Positions 1 to 11,488 of a DNA stretch of 64,000 nt are shown here, in pieces. The notes beneath the pieces are model-generated. The model was not told the DNA's origin. It worked only from the letters and a program-made list of their open reading frames with translations, and did no database searches. This DNA is from Chloroflexota bacterium (GTDB lineage: Bacteria > Chloroflexota > Dehalococcoidia > SHYD01), in NCBI GenBank assembly GCA_016190485.1, contig JACPQN010000066.1, forward strand, positions 8,446-72,445. The letters are read 5' to 3'. The translations under genes and the position numbers were made by a program. Within the stretch, counting starts at the first letter, position 1. The number at the start of each line of letters is the position of its first letter.

Positions 1-708
1 CCACCGCGGCGAGACTACCTGGCCCGGAGCTACGGCGTCGCCTGCGCCGAGCAGGGCCACGACGCCCTGGGCGCCGCGGACACGGTGCTCCTGGCGATCA
101 AGCCCCAGAACCTGCCTGAGGTGCTGGCGGACCTGCGCCCTGCCCTGCGGCCCGGGCAACTGGTCCTGTCCATCGTCGCGGGGGCCAGCCTGGCGACCCT
201 GGTCCAAGGGCTGAAGCACTCCTCGGTGGTGCGGGTCATGCCCAACACCCCCGCGCAGATCGGGGAGGGCATCAGCGTGTGGACGGCCACGCCGGAGGTC
301 ACGGAGGAGCAGAAGACCGCGGCCCGGACTATTCTGTCCGCCATGGGAGCAGAGATCTACGTCACCGAGGAAAAGTACCTGGACATGGCCACGGCCCTGA
401 GCGGCAGTGGCCCCGGCTACGTCTTTCTCTTCGTTGAGGCCCTCATCGACGCCGGCGTGCACATCGGTCTGTCCCGGGAGATGGCGGAGCTCCTGGTGCT
501 CCAGACCGTCGCCGGCTCCGCGCAGTACGCCATCCAGAGCCGGCGTCACCCGGCCGAGCTGCGCAACATGGTCACCTCCCCCGGCGGCACCACCACTGAG
601 GGCCTGCTGCTCCTGGAGGAAGGGAGCCTGCGGGCGACCGTCATCCGGGCGGTGGAAGCGGCCCACGAGAAGGCCAAGGCCCTGGGGCGGCCGGTGAGTC
701 ACGAATGA
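1..708 (+). CDS. proC: pyrroline-5-carboxylate reductase, 5' end outside window
   Basis: frame-1 ORF is open from base 1; the product matches the ProC central and C-terminal regions (NADP-binding region, GTTTEGL dimerisation motif). Confidence 0.85.
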   Translation, partial: PPRRDYLARSYGVACAEQGHDALGAADTVLLAIKPQNLPEVLADLRPALRPGQLVLSIVAGASLATLVQGLKHSSVVRVMPNTPAQIGEGISVWTATPEVTEEQKTAARTILSAMGAEIYVTEEKYLDMATALSGSGPGYVFLFVEALIDAGVHIGLSREMAELLVLQTVAGSAQYAIQSRRHPAELRNMVTSPGGTTTEGLLLLEEGSLRATVIRAVEAAHEKAKALGRPVSHE

Positions 709-965
709 TCTTTTTTCTGCGCTTCGTGGACATCTTCACCCAGGTGCTGACCATAGCCATCGTCGCCCGGGCACTGCTCTCCTGGTTCCCGGTGTCCCGG
801 CACAACCCCTTGGTCGAGGCGCTCTTTCAGATTACGGAGCCGATGCTGGCGCCCCTGCGGCGCATCGTGCCCACCATAGGGATGATCGATATCACCCCTC
901 TGGTGGCCATGCTCCTGCTGCAAATGGTGAACTCGCTGGTCGCGCAGCTCGCCTATCCCTACTAG
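705..965 (+). CDS. yggT: YggT family membrane protein (Ycf19-like, cell-division associated)
   Basis: 86 aa, two hydrophobic helices, typical YggT N-terminus; 4-nt overlap with proC stop. Confidence 0.75.
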   Translation: MIFFLRFVDIFTQVLTIAIVARALLSWFPVSRHNPLVEALFQITEPMLAPLRRIVPTIGMIDITPLVAMLLLQMVNSLVAQLAYPY

Positions 966-1243
966 TTGCTGGCGCCGCTTGCGGCCAGACGCTCCCGCGC
1001 CTGCTCTCCGTCCAATCCTTGGACTTCCACCACTTTGAGCCTGCTGTTTGCCCCGCGCAGGATGGTCAGCCGGCCTCGGGCCACCCCCAGCGCCACGGCC
1101 AGGAGCTGAAGCGCCGCTTCATTGGCGCGACCCTCCACCGCCGGGGCGCGCACCCGCACCACCAGGGTCTCGCCGCGCCAGCCGACCAGCTCGCTGCGGC
1201 GGGCGCCGGGTTGCACCCGCACCGAGATCAGGGCATCAGCCAT
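962..1243 (-). CDS. DUF167 (YggU) family protein
   Basis: 93 aa, VRVxPxA...GxANxxL...GxSRxK pattern typical of DUF167; classical proC-yggT-yggU neighbourhood. Confidence 0.7.
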   Translation of the reverse strand: MADALISVRVQPGARRSELVGWRGETLVVRVRAPAVEGRANEAALQLLAVALGVARGRLTILRGANSRLKVVEVQGLDGEQARERLAASGASN

Positions 1244-1261
1244 TTCTGTACCGGCGGCGCG

Positions 1262-1290
1262 TTGTCCCGACCCCCGCCGATCTGTATAAT
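1262..1290 (+). promoter_or_regulatory. sigma70-like promoter TTGTCC-N17-TATAAT
   Basis: near-consensus -35/-10 with 17-nt spacer in an otherwise GC-rich intergenic region upstream of the 1374/1491 gene. Confidence 0.45.
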
Positions 1291-1373
1291 GCGGGTGTGG
1301 GCCTGCGCACCGCTACTCTACTCCAGGGGATGCTAGCAGGGCCTTCCTTCCCCGTCGCCTTCCTGCCGCCAGC

Positions 1374-3425
1374 GTGGGCGCCCGTTGCCCGCCGCGGCGC
1401 TCCGTGACGCGAGGCGCGCCAGTGCCGACACCTTCGTTCCTGCAGTTCAGCCGCCTGCAGGGCGCTGTCCAAGAGGACGGCCCCTACACCATGGCGCAGC
1501 GTCTGGACCAGGAGGGCGATGCCGGCTATCTCTTTCTCCTTATTGAGGCCCTGGGCTCCGTACCAGAGGAGACGGGGCGGGCCGCGGCCGAGACCTTTTG
1601 GGAGGCCTTCCAGGCCAGCCGCCTCTCCCTCACGGGGCGGCTCCAAGAGGCGCTGCGCGCGGTGCATCAGCGGCTGCTTCTGGAGGATCGGGACGCGCCG
1701 CCAGAGCATCGTAGCACGGTTGGGGCGGCCTGCGCCTGTCTGCGCCAGGGAGACCTCTATCTGGCCCACGCGGGGCCGACCCTGGCCTATCTGGTGGGAC
1801 CCGAGAGCACCCGCCGCCTCGCGCCGGCACCAGGCTCGCCTGCTTCTGGGCTGGGCGGCCTCGCGGAGCCACGGGTCTGGGTGCGCCACCACCACCTGGC
1901 CCAAGGCGAGGTGCTGCTCGTGGCTTCCTCCACGCTTGCCGAGGTTGGAGGTGAGCGGGAGCTCTTCGCGGCCTTCCGCCACGGCTGGGAAGAGGGAATG
2001 GTGGAGGTGTACCGCCGGTCTTCCGCCTACGCTACCTTCGCCGCGCTGGCCGTCAACCCCTGGGTGGCCCCCGAGCCCGCGCGGCCGGAGCGTTCGCCCC
2101 AGGAGGCCGCGGCGGAGACCGTCTCTTCAGGGGAGCCCTATGCCCATGGCCGGCGGGAGCCGTGGCGGACGGCGACCGGGCCGGTGCCCCTGCCGGAGCC
2201 CTACCTGATGCAGGACACCTCGCTGCCTCTTGGCTTGAACGTGGCGGGCCCCCGACGCTGGGTCAGCCGCTATGCCCGAGGGCTTCTGCCACCCCAGGTG
2301 TTGGCCGGCCTCCTGGGGGTGTTCATCCTGGGCGGTCTCCTGGTGGGCGTCACCAGCCTTCTACAGCGAGCGGAGCAGGCCGCCCGATCCGAGGCCGCGG
2401 CCCTGGTCCAGGCCGCCACGGACCTCCAGGGCCAGGCCCAGGGCGCCGCCACCAGAGACCTGAGCCGTCAGCTCCTCAACCAGGCGCTGTCCAAGCTCCA
2501 GACTGCCCTGCGCCAGGACTCGGCCAGCCGGGAGACCGCGGCGCTGGTGGCCCAGGTGCGAGAGGCACTGGCCCGCCTGGATGCGGTGCAGGAGCTGCGA
2601 GACTTCAGGACACCCCTGGACCTGACTGGTGCCGCCGCTGGCGCCCCGCTGCTCCGGGATATCGTGGCTCCGGGTGGGGCTATCTACCTCCTGGATAAGG
2701 TCGGTGACCAGGTGATCCAGGTGACGCCGGCCCTTCAAGGCGGTGGCGCGGGCGCCTCCCCGGTCTATCTGGTTCAGCCCTCCGGCAGCGCGCGCAGGAA
2801 CCTGGCGGGACTGTTGTGGCTGCCCCGAGGCGGCGCCTGGCCGAGGGACAGTCTCCTGGCGGTGGATGATGGCCGAGGCTTGCTGGAGTTTGACCCCAGC
2901 CAGGGGGTGCGCACCCTCCCCTTGCGGGGCACCGGGGAATGGGCGAGCTTTCAGGCCGCCGCGGGCTTCGCCGGCAGCCTCTATATCCTCGACCCGAAGG
3001 CCAGCCAGGTGTGGCGGTACCTCGCCACCGAGCGGGGCTTCGACAGCGAGCGCCGAGCCACCCTCCCTAGCATGGACCTGCGGGACGCGGTGGACCTGGG
3101 GGTGGACGGCGACACCTATCTGCTGCTGCGCACCGGCAAGGTGCTTAAGTTCTCCAACGGCCGGGCCCAGCCCTTCTCCCCGGACGGTCTGGACCGCCCG
3201 CTGCTAAACCCGGTGGCCCTCCACGCCAGCGCCGAGTCCATCTACGTCTCCGATGCGGGCAACAGACGTATCGTCGTCTTCGATAAGGCGGACGGCCGGT
3301 TCCTGCGCCAGTTCCCGGTGCCCCAGTTGCCCCAGATCCACCACCTCTGGGCCGATGAGGCGCGGAGCCTCCTCTATCTGGTGACCGACACCCGCCTCTA
3401 CTCCGCAGTCATGCCCCGCAGCTAG
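1374..3425 (+). CDS. membrane protein with degenerate PP2C-like N-domain, TM helix, coiled coil and C-terminal NHL/beta-propeller repeats (ATG at 1491 is a likely true start)
   Basis: [12 protein letters not shown] / [20 protein letters not shown] resemble PPM phosphatase motifs but the metal-binding Asp positions are substituted; hydrophobic segment [17 protein letters not shown]; NHL-like [14 protein letters not shown]. Confidence 0.5.
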   Translation: MGARCPPRRSVTRGAPVPTPSFLQFSRLQGAVQEDGPYTMAQRLDQEGDAGYLFLLIEALGSVPEETGRAAAETFWEAFQASRLSLTGRLQEALRAVHQRLLLEDRDAPPEHRSTVGAACACLRQGDLYLAHAGPTLAYLVGPESTRRLAPAPGSPASGLGGLAEPRVWVRHHHLAQGEVLLVASSTLAEVGGERELFAAFRHGWEEGMVEVYRRSSAYATFAALAVNPWVAPEPARPERSPQEAAAETVSSGEPYAHGRREPWRTATGPVPLPEPYLMQDTSLPLGLNVAGPRRWVSRYARGLLPPQVLAGLLGVFILGGLLVGVTSLLQRAEQAARSEAAALVQAATDLQGQAQGAATRDLSRQLLNQALSKLQTALRQDSASRETAALVAQVREALARLDAVQELRDFRTPLDLTGAAAGAPLLRDIVAPGGAIYLLDKVGDQVIQVTPALQGGGAGASPVYLVQPSGSARRNLAGLLWLPRGGAWPRDSLLAVDDGRGLLEFDPSQGVRTLPLRGTGEWASFQAAAGFAGSLYILDPKASQVWRYLATERGFDSERRATLPSMDLRDAVDLGVDGDTYLLLRTGKVLKFSNGRAQPFSPDGLDRPLLNPVALHASAESIYVSDAGNRRIVVFDKADGRFLRQFPVPQLPQIHHLWADEARSLLYLVTDTRLYSAVMPRS

Positions 3426-3427
3426 CC

Positions 3428-4417
<990 letters not shown>

Positions 4418-5790
4418 CTCCTGCTCTCGGGCGTCTCGCAGGGGGCACCGGGCCTGGAGCGCCCGCAGGCAGTAGCGCCGGAAGAGGTGGTGCAGCCCCT
4501 GCTGCTGGCACGCGCTGAGGCGGATCCGCCGTAGCCCCAGCCCAGCGGCGAGCCGACGCACCACGGTGTCTGCCTCCAGGCCGGAATAGCGCTGGTAGAC
4601 CTCCTCCGCTCGCTGCGCGAGGAGCCCGTCCCCCTGGAGCAGCGCCCAGGCCCACAGCAGGGGCAGGGCCACGTTCACCGCCAGGACATCCGCCTTGCTC
4701 GGCCCGATGGGCGCCCAGGGGATCCCTCGACCCGCCTCTGCCGCAGGGACCGCGAGGTGGTGCCGCAGAGGCCCCGCCGGCCCCCCGGGATCCAGGCTGG
4801 CCGCCAGCTCCAGCAGGGGTTGCCAGGGCCCGCCGGCCAGCCAGCGGGCGCAGAGCGCGCCGACGCCGACCAGGCGCAGGGCGGGATGGGCCTGGGGCCG
4901 GATCCCCGCCAGGTTCCAGCAGTTCGGAGGCCACGGCGACCCGTAGCGCGGCTCGGGGCCCAGCGCGCGCAGGTCCCCCAGGAGGTCCGGCGGCAGGAGG
5001 ACCTGCTTCCAGCCATCGGACGCCTGCGACAGGAAGCCCGCCGCGCCCAGCAAGGCGGCCTGGAGCACGGGCGCCTGCTGGCGAGCAGGAAGGCTGGCGG
5101 CCAGCCGCCCCAGGGAGCGCCAGGGAAGGGCCTCCGCCAGGCGGCGGAAGGGGCGCCGGTTGTGGGGGTAGCCCAGGCCCTCCATCAGCTCCCGGTAGAG
5201 GAGTTGGTCGGGGTCTTCCCGCTGCAGTCGGCGCAGCAGCGCCCGCCCACGGCGGCGGAACCGAAGCAGCCCCTGCTCCTCCAGGGATCGGAGTAGCCGC
5301 CCCCTGTCCCCGGCCCCGCAACTCCCGCAGGGGTGCGCCACGGAGCCCGGCGACGGCTCCGGCTGGCCTGGGAGCACCAAGACCGGCGCCCGCCCGCCCC
5401 CCGGCAGCTCCGTGGTCCGCGCTCCGTCGTCCAGGGCCACCACATGGAGCACCACCCGGGCGTAGCGGGGGTCTTCTCCATGGCCGTGGCTCCGCCAGGC
5501 GCCGCTGGCCCGGTGCACCTCTACGTCGCCCCGCACCACTCGGCCCCGCTGGGTGCGGAGGATGGCCCGGCGAAAATCGGGGCCGGGTCCGGCGCCGGCC
5601 ACCCCGGGGGAGACCACCCCCAGCCGTTCCCCTTCTTGGGTCACCAGCTCCCGGCCGCTCCCCGCGAGGGCGCCCCAGGCCCGGGCCAGGGCCGCTTCCC
5701 GGGATGCTCTCCTTCTCTCAGCTCCTCCCATGGATGCGATTGTACACGGTTCCGTGTAAGATCGCAAGGGTTCTTCGAGGCAGGCTGTGG

Positions 5791-6057
5791 CTAGTCCGCC
5801 GGTGGCTCCTGGTCGGCGGCGGCTGATTGCGGGGCGTAGGGAAAGGCGGCCCGCTCCGCCACCAGGGTCAGCAGGGTGGCCGCGGCGCCCCTGGGCTGGT
5901 AGATCCCTCGCTCCCACTCGCTGATGGTCTGCTGGCGGGTGCCCAGCTCCTGGGCCAACTCCTCCTGGGTGAGGCCCAGGTGGTCCCGCAACGCCCGCAC
6001 CGTCGCGGCGCTCCAGCGGGGGCGGGGTCTTCTCCTCGACGGCTTCATGTCCAGCAT
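5791..6057 (-). CDS. XRE-family helix-turn-helix transcriptional regulator
   Basis: LGLTQEELAQELGTRQQTISEWERG HTH_XRE signature. Confidence 0.7.
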   Translation of the reverse strand: MLDMKPSRRRPRPRWSAATVRALRDHLGLTQEELAQELGTRQQTISEWERGIYQPRGAAATLLTLVAERAAFPYAPQSAAADQEPPAD

Positions 6058-6156
6058 GCTAGGCGCTCATCACCGCCCCGTCAAGGCGGCCCCGCCGGAC
6101 GGGATGCGCTATAATCGCTGCAAAGGGGCTCTGCCCCACCCTTCTCAGGAGGCTCC

Positions 6157-7482
6157 ATGGCCGCCACCCTCGTGACCTCGGGCGCCCTCTTCCCCCAGAC
6201 CGCCGGCGTCAACTCCCAGGATCACCTGGTGCTGGGCGGCTGCGACGTGGCCCACCTGGGGGCCTCCTTCGGCACGCCCCTTTATGTCTTTGACGAGGCC
6301 ACCCTGCGCAGCAAAGCCCGGGAGTATCGGGGCGAGTTCGGCGCGCGCTATCCCCAGGTGACGGTGCTGTATGCCGCCAAGGCCTTCATCAACCAGGCCC
6401 TGGCCCGGCTCTTCGCCCAGGAAGGGCTGGGCTTCGACGTGGTCTCGGGCGGTGAGATGGCCGTAGCTCGGGCCGCGGGTGCGCCCCCGGAGCGCCTCTA
6501 CTTCCACGGCAACAACAAAGATCCTCAGGAGCTGGAACAGGCCCTGGACTGGGGCATCGGTCGGGTGGTGGTGGACAACGCGTACGAGCTGGAGCTGCTG
6601 GAAGAGCTGTGCCGCCGCCGAAGCCTGGTCCAGCCCGTGCTGGTGCGGGTGACCCCCGGAGTGGACCCCCACACCCATGCCTACATCGCCACCGGCGCCA
6701 CAGACAGCAAGTTCGGCTTCACCCTGGTCAACGGCGCCGCGGAGGACGCGGTGGCCCGGGCCTTGGCCTCGCCCCACCTGCGGCTGGTGGGGCTCCATAT
6801 GCACCTAGGGTCCCAGCTCTTCCAGGTGGAGCCCTACGCCGACGCGCTGCGGGGTGTCCTGGCCTTTGCCGCGCAGATGCGGGACCGCCACGGCCTGGCT
6901 CTGGAGGAGTTCAGCCCCGGCGGTGGCTACGCGGTCCAGTACCTGGAGGAGCAGCCGGCTCCCCCCCTGTCCAGCTACGCCCAGGTTATCACGGAGCAAC
7001 TGCGTCAGGCCTGCCAGGAGCAGGGCCTGCCCCTGCCCCGGCTCATCCTGGAGCCGGGGCGCTCCCTGGTGGCCCGGGCCGGCGTGGCCCTCTACCGGGT
7101 GGGGGCCATCAAGGAGATCCCCGGTGTACGCACGTACGTCTCGGTGGACGGCGGCATGGCTGATAACATCCGCCCTGCCCTCTACCAGGCCCGCTACGAA
7201 GCCGTAGTGGCCAATCGCATGAGCGATCCGCCCCATGAGACCGTGACCATTGCGGGTAAGTACTGCGAGTCGGGCGACATCCTCATCGAGGGGATCCGGC
7301 TGCCCCGCCTCCGGCCGGGGGACCTGCTGGCCCTGCCCGCGGCCGGCGCCTACTGCCTGGCTATGGCCAGTAACTACAACGTCACGCCCCGGCCGGCCGT
7401 GGTGCTGGTGAAAGAGGGCGCCGCCCGCCTCATCCGGCGTCGGGAGACTTACGACGACCTCATGCAGTGGGACATTCCATGA
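6157..7482 (+). CDS. lysA: diaminopimelate decarboxylase
   Basis: full-length match to PLP-dependent LysA (fold-III decarboxylase); TATAAT at 6110-6115 and AGGAGG RBS upstream. Confidence 0.9.
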   Translation: MAATLVTSGALFPQTAGVNSQDHLVLGGCDVAHLGASFGTPLYVFDEATLRSKAREYRGEFGARYPQVTVLYAAKAFINQALARLFAQEGLGFDVVSGGEMAVARAAGAPPERLYFHGNNKDPQELEQALDWGIGRVVVDNAYELELLEELCRRRSLVQPVLVRVTPGVDPHTHAYIATGATDSKFGFTLVNGAAEDAVARALASPHLRLVGLHMHLGSQLFQVEPYADALRGVLAFAAQMRDRHGLALEEFSPGGGYAVQYLEEQPAPPLSSYAQVITEQLRQACQEQGLPLPRLILEPGRSLVARAGVALYRVGAIKEIPGVRTYVSVDGGMADNIRPALYQARYEAVVANRMSDPPHETVTIAGKYCESGDILIEGIRLPRLRPGDLLALPAAGAYCLAMASNYNVTPRPAVVLVKEGAARLIRRRETYDDLMQWDIP

Positions 7483-8489
7483 CCTGGGATATCCTGGGCC
7501 AGGAGGCCATCACCTCCCTCCTGGAGCGAAGTCTGGCCCGGGGTCGACTGTCCCAGGCCTACCTCCTGGTCGGGCCCGCCGGGGTGGGGAAGACCACCCT
7601 GGCCACCACGCTGGCGGCGGCCCTCAACTGCCAGGGGGAACATCCTCCCTGCCGGACCTGCCTCCAGTGCCGCCGGATCCTGGGCGGCCTCCATGCCGAT
7701 GTCGCGGTGCTGGCCCTCCAGGAGCCGGAACGGGAGCTGGGCATAGGGCGGATCCGGGAGCTGCAACGGAGCCTCAACCTCCAGCCCTTTGAGGGGCGCT
7801 GCCGGGTGGCCATCATCCGGGAAGCGGAGCGCCTGAGCCACGAGGCCGCCAACGCGCTGCTGAAGACCCTGGAAGAGCCGCCTCCCGAGGTGGTGCTGGT
7901 GCTGACCACCACCGCCGAGGAGGAGGTGCTGCCCACCATCCGCTCCCGCTGCCAGCGGCTGCTGCTGCACCCCGTGCCCCGGGCGGAGCTGCTGCGCTTC
8001 TTGCAGGAGGACCGGGGCGTGCCTGCCGCGACCGCGCAGCGGCTGGCAGCCTACAGCGGGGGATGCCCCGGACGGGCGCTGCGGGCCCTGGCGGAGCCGC
8101 AACTGCTGGAGGCCGATGTCCCGTTGCTGGAGCGCCTCACGGCCATCCTGGAGGGAGACACGGCGCTGCGTCTGACGGAGGGGGGCCGCATCACCGGGGG
8201 CTTCACCGGTCAGCGGGAGCGGGCCCTCCAGGCCCTGGAGTGCTGGCGGAACTGGTGGCGTGACCTGCTCCTGGTGCAGGCCGGGTGTCGGGAAGGGCTT
8301 GCCTACCCCCAGGAGGTGGCCAGCTATGCCCGCTACACGCAGCGGTGGGAAGCCTCTGCCACCCGGGAGGCGCTGGGGTGCCTCCAGCAGGCCATCCAGC
8401 ACCTGGAGCGCAATGCCAATCCCCGGCTGGTTATGGATGTCCTAGTCCTGCGGCTGCCTCACCCCCGCTCCACCAGCGCCCCGGGCTAG
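7479..8489 (+). CDS. holB: DNA polymerase III delta-prime subunit
   Basis: Walker A GPAGVGKTT, zinc module CxxC...CxxC, SRC motif (TIRSRCQ); ATGA overlap with lysA stop. Confidence 0.8.
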   Translation: MTWDILGQEAITSLLERSLARGRLSQAYLLVGPAGVGKTTLATTLAAALNCQGEHPPCRTCLQCRRILGGLHADVAVLALQEPERELGIGRIRELQRSLNLQPFEGRCRVAIIREAERLSHEAANALLKTLEEPPPEVVLVLTTTAEEEVLPTIRSRCQRLLLHPVPRAELLRFLQEDRGVPAATAQRLAAYSGGCPGRALRALAEPQLLEADVPLLERLTAILEGDTALRLTEGGRITGGFTGQRERALQALECWRNWWRDLLLVQAGCREGLAYPQEVASYARYTQRWEASATREALGCLQQAIQHLERNANPRLVMDVLVLRLPHPRSTSAPG

Positions 8490-8612
8490 CGCCCGCCGTA
8501 TCCTGCGGCCAGAACAGCGGCGCGGCGTGTCCGGTGAGCGTCAGCCTGGCGTGCTGTAACCTCTTCCGTATTAAGGCAAAGTACCCTGCATCACAACGGG
8601 AGAGGTGTCTTC

Positions 8613-9185
8613 ATGACCCCACGCCCGCGCCGCGCACGTGCTGGGTGCCTCCTGGCGCCCTTCGCCATCGTGCTCCTGGCCTGCACCGGCAGTGATGCGC
8701 CATCCGGCCTGGCAGCGGCCAGCCCCACTGGCTCCGGCGCCTCCTCCGCTACGGCCGGGGCGCCCATGGCAGCGGTGGTGCCGGAGATGCTTCCCACGGC
8801 CACCGCGACCCCCACCTCAATCCCCTTCGCAGCGCCTCCTCCCCCTACCCCTATCTTGGAACCGACTGCTGCGCCGCCAAGACCCACGGCGACTCCCCTT
8901 CCCCAGATTGCCGCTCCTCCGCCGGAGCCCGCGCCGCCACCGGCCGTAGCCATCGGTGATCCCGGGGCCGGGAGGACCCTCTTCCTGACGGTGGGTTGTT
9001 CCGGATGCCACGGCCCTGACGCCGGCGGCGATTTTGGCCCGCGTATCGCCAGCACTACTCTCGCGTTCCAGGAGGTGTTGAGCCAGGTCCGGCGGCCCAG
9101 AAACATGATGACTGCCTTCGACCCTTCGGTGCTGAGCGATCAGCAGGTGCGGGACATTTACGCCTTCCTCAAGGGTCTGCCGTGA
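8613..9185 (+). CDS. lipoprotein c-type cytochrome (monoheme)
   Basis: lipobox LLAC, Pro/Ala/Thr-rich linker, CSGCH heme-binding motif. Confidence 0.7.
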   Translation: MTPRPRRARAGCLLAPFAIVLLACTGSDAPSGLAAASPTGSGASSATAGAPMAAVVPEMLPTATATPTSIPFAAPPPPTPILEPTAAPPRPTATPLPQIAAPPPEPAPPPAVAIGDPGAGRTLFLTVGCSGCHGPDAGGDFGPRIASTTLAFQEVLSQVRRPRNMMTAFDPSVLSDQQVRDIYAFLKGLP

Positions 9186-9504
9186 CGCCCTTCTTCGGTA
9201 GCGCAGCGATCTCCGGACGACAAGGGAATACTTGAGCCGGCCGCTGTCGGCTGACCCCTTCGTGGCCCGTCTTCCTAGTGGGCCGGGTGCGTCACGCCGC
9301 GCCCCGTCCTTCGTAGGTTCACAGGATGCTGCCCTCAAAGGCTCCCCCAAATTACTACCCCTTGCGTAGAAACTACGAGTTTGATACTATGCCGTAATTT
9401 CCTGCGCCAGAGGGCTTCGTGCTGAAGGCGTTTGCTCAGAGGGACGTGTTCGCGCTGACCTCGGGGCCGTGGATAGAGGAAGAAAACGCGGGAAGGGAGA
9501 CAAG

Positions 9505-10548
9505 ATGTTGAAAAGAGCACTCCTTCTGGCCGCCCTGGGAGTCCTGGGGTTGACGGGGCTGGCGTTCCTGGCGGAGGCGGCGCCGCCACGGCAGGCCACG
9601 GCCGCGCCCCTGGCCGTGGGCGATCCGGCAAAGGGAGGCTATCTGGCCCGCCTGGGGGGCTGCGCGGGCTGCCACGGCCAGAACTACGCCGGCCAGCGTG
9701 CCGATGGCACCGCCGGCGCCCCCTTTGGTATTACCCTCACGGCGCCGGGAGGCGGCGGCACCGCGCCGGCGTCCAACATCACGCCTGATGCCGAGACCGG
9801 CATCGGCCGCTGGTCTGATGCCGAGCTGGTGCGCGCGATTCGGGACGGCATCCGGCCCGATGGCAAGGTCCTGTACCCGGGCATGCCCTACGCCAGATGG
9901 CACACCATTGCCGACGACGATATGGAGCACCTGGTGGCCTTCCTGCGCTCTAACCCGGCCGTGCAGAATAAGCCCCCGGCGCGCCAACTCCAGGTGGAGC
10001 CCGCCCAGCCCCGCTTTTCCGCGCCTTCGCCCAAGTCTTCTCCTGGAGAGAGCGCCGGACGCGGTGAAATCCTGATTACTGTGGCCAACTGCGCCAACTG
10101 CCACACGCCCCGGACAGCCGAGGGTACCCTGGATCCCAGCAAGTATCTGGCCGGGAATATCCTGGGCACTGGGGCAACCGCGCAGGCGGCGGCCAACATT
10201 ACGCCGGACCGCGCCACGGGCATCGGCGACTGGACGGTGGAGCAGATTGCCACCGCCATCAAGCTCGGACGGCGGCCCAACGGGACGGCGCTCAGTGGCG
10301 CTATGGCGACGCAGATCAACAATAGGTTCCAGTTCCTGAGCGATACCGACGCCCGCGCCGTCGCCCTCTACCTCAAGTCCATCCCGGCGGTGCAGAACCG
10401 GCCGGCCGCGCTCCTGCCGGCCCCTGCCGCCATGCCCCGCACGGGGGATGACGCGCCAGTGCTCCCCATGGCGGGTGCAGCGGGCCTGGGCGCCCTCGCC
10501 CTGGGCCTGGGCTGGCTGGGCCGTCGACGAGCCAGCTCCCCAGCCTGA
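9505..10548 (+). CDS. diheme c-type cytochrome with C-terminal hydrophobic/RRR tail
   Basis: signal peptide, two CxxCH motifs (CAGCH, CANCH), C-terminal Gly/Ala-rich hydrophobic stretch followed by RRR. Confidence 0.7.
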   Translation: MLKRALLLAALGVLGLTGLAFLAEAAPPRQATAAPLAVGDPAKGGYLARLGGCAGCHGQNYAGQRADGTAGAPFGITLTAPGGGGTAPASNITPDAETGIGRWSDAELVRAIRDGIRPDGKVLYPGMPYARWHTIADDDMEHLVAFLRSNPAVQNKPPARQLQVEPAQPRFSAPSPKSSPGESAGRGEILITVANCANCHTPRTAEGTLDPSKYLAGNILGTGATAQAAANITPDRATGIGDWTVEQIATAIKLGRRPNGTALSGAMATQINNRFQFLSDTDARAVALYLKSIPAVQNRPAALLPAPAAMPRTGDDAPVLPMAGAAGLGALALGLGWLGRRRASSPA

Positions 10549-10669
10549 GCGCGGAGACGGTGAGGTTGCCTGAGGTTCTCGAAGGCGCCTCGCCGCTTCC
10601 GTTCGAGAGACCGCGAGAGCACGAGGCCCCGCCGGGCGGCGGGGCCTCTTTTGCCTCACTGCGGTCTGC

Positions 10670-11476
10670 TTATCGCCCTTTGAACACGGGCTCCCGCTTC
10701 TCCATGAAGGCACGGACGCCCTCCGCGGCGTCTTCCGTCTGGAACAGGCGGCCGATGTAGAACCCCTCCAGCTCGTTGATGTCGTGGAGATCCGTCTCCA
10801 TGGCCCGATAGTGGAGGTGTTTGGCGATGCCCTGGGCCAGGGGCGGCCCCTTGACGAAGCGTTCCGCCAGGGACAGGGTCTCCTCCATCAGCCGGTCCGG
10901 GGGCACCACTCGCCACACCAGACCCATCTCCCTGGCCTGTTGGGCCGTGAAGGCCTCGCCGGTGTAGGTCATGAGGAAGGCGTTCTGGAGGCCGATGGCC
11001 CGGGGCAGCAGGAAGGAGAGGCTGCCATCGGGCACGATGGCCCGCTTGGTCTGGTACACGCCGAAACGGGCGTCCTCGCTGGCGATGCGGATGTCGCAGC
11101 TCAGGGCCAGGGAGATGCCGATGCCCACGCACCAGCCGTGGATGGCCGCGATGGTGGGCACCTCGGACTGGCGGATGGCCAGGATGTGCTGGGCCTCCGG
11201 ATGGGGCCGGCGCCAGGCTGGCCGCCGCACCGCGCCCTCCCGGCCCGCGACGGGGAAGTTGCTGACGTCGCCGCCGGAGCTGAAAGCCCGGCCCGCCCCG
11301 CGGATGACGAGGCAGCGCACCTGGGGATCGTCCCGCACTCGCTCCATGACCTGCGCCAGCCCCTTGCTGATCCCCTCACTGACGGAGTTGAGCTTGTCCG
11401 GACGGTTGAGGGTGACGATGCCGATGCCGTCCTTCCGCGCCTCGAAGAGCACGCTCTCAAAAGTCTCTTCCATCAT
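10670..11476 (-). CDS. enoyl-CoA hydratase/isomerase family protein
   Basis: crotonase fold motifs (GAGRAFSSGGD, oxyanion hole), C-terminal EKRxPxFxGR. Confidence 0.85.
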   Translation of the reverse strand: MMEETFESVLFEARKDGIGIVTLNRPDKLNSVSEGISKGLAQVMERVRDDPQVRCLVIRGAGRAFSSGGDVSNFPVAGREGAVRRPAWRRPHPEAQHILAIRQSEVPTIAAIHGWCVGIGISLALSCDIRIASEDARFGVYQTKRAIVPDGSLSFLLPRAIGLQNAFLMTYTGEAFTAQQAREMGLVWRVVPPDRLMEETLSLAERFVKGPPLAQGIAKHLHYRAMETDLHDINELEGFYIGRLFQTEDAAEGVRAFMEKREPVFKGR

Positions 11477-11488
11477 TGCGCTCCTTCT

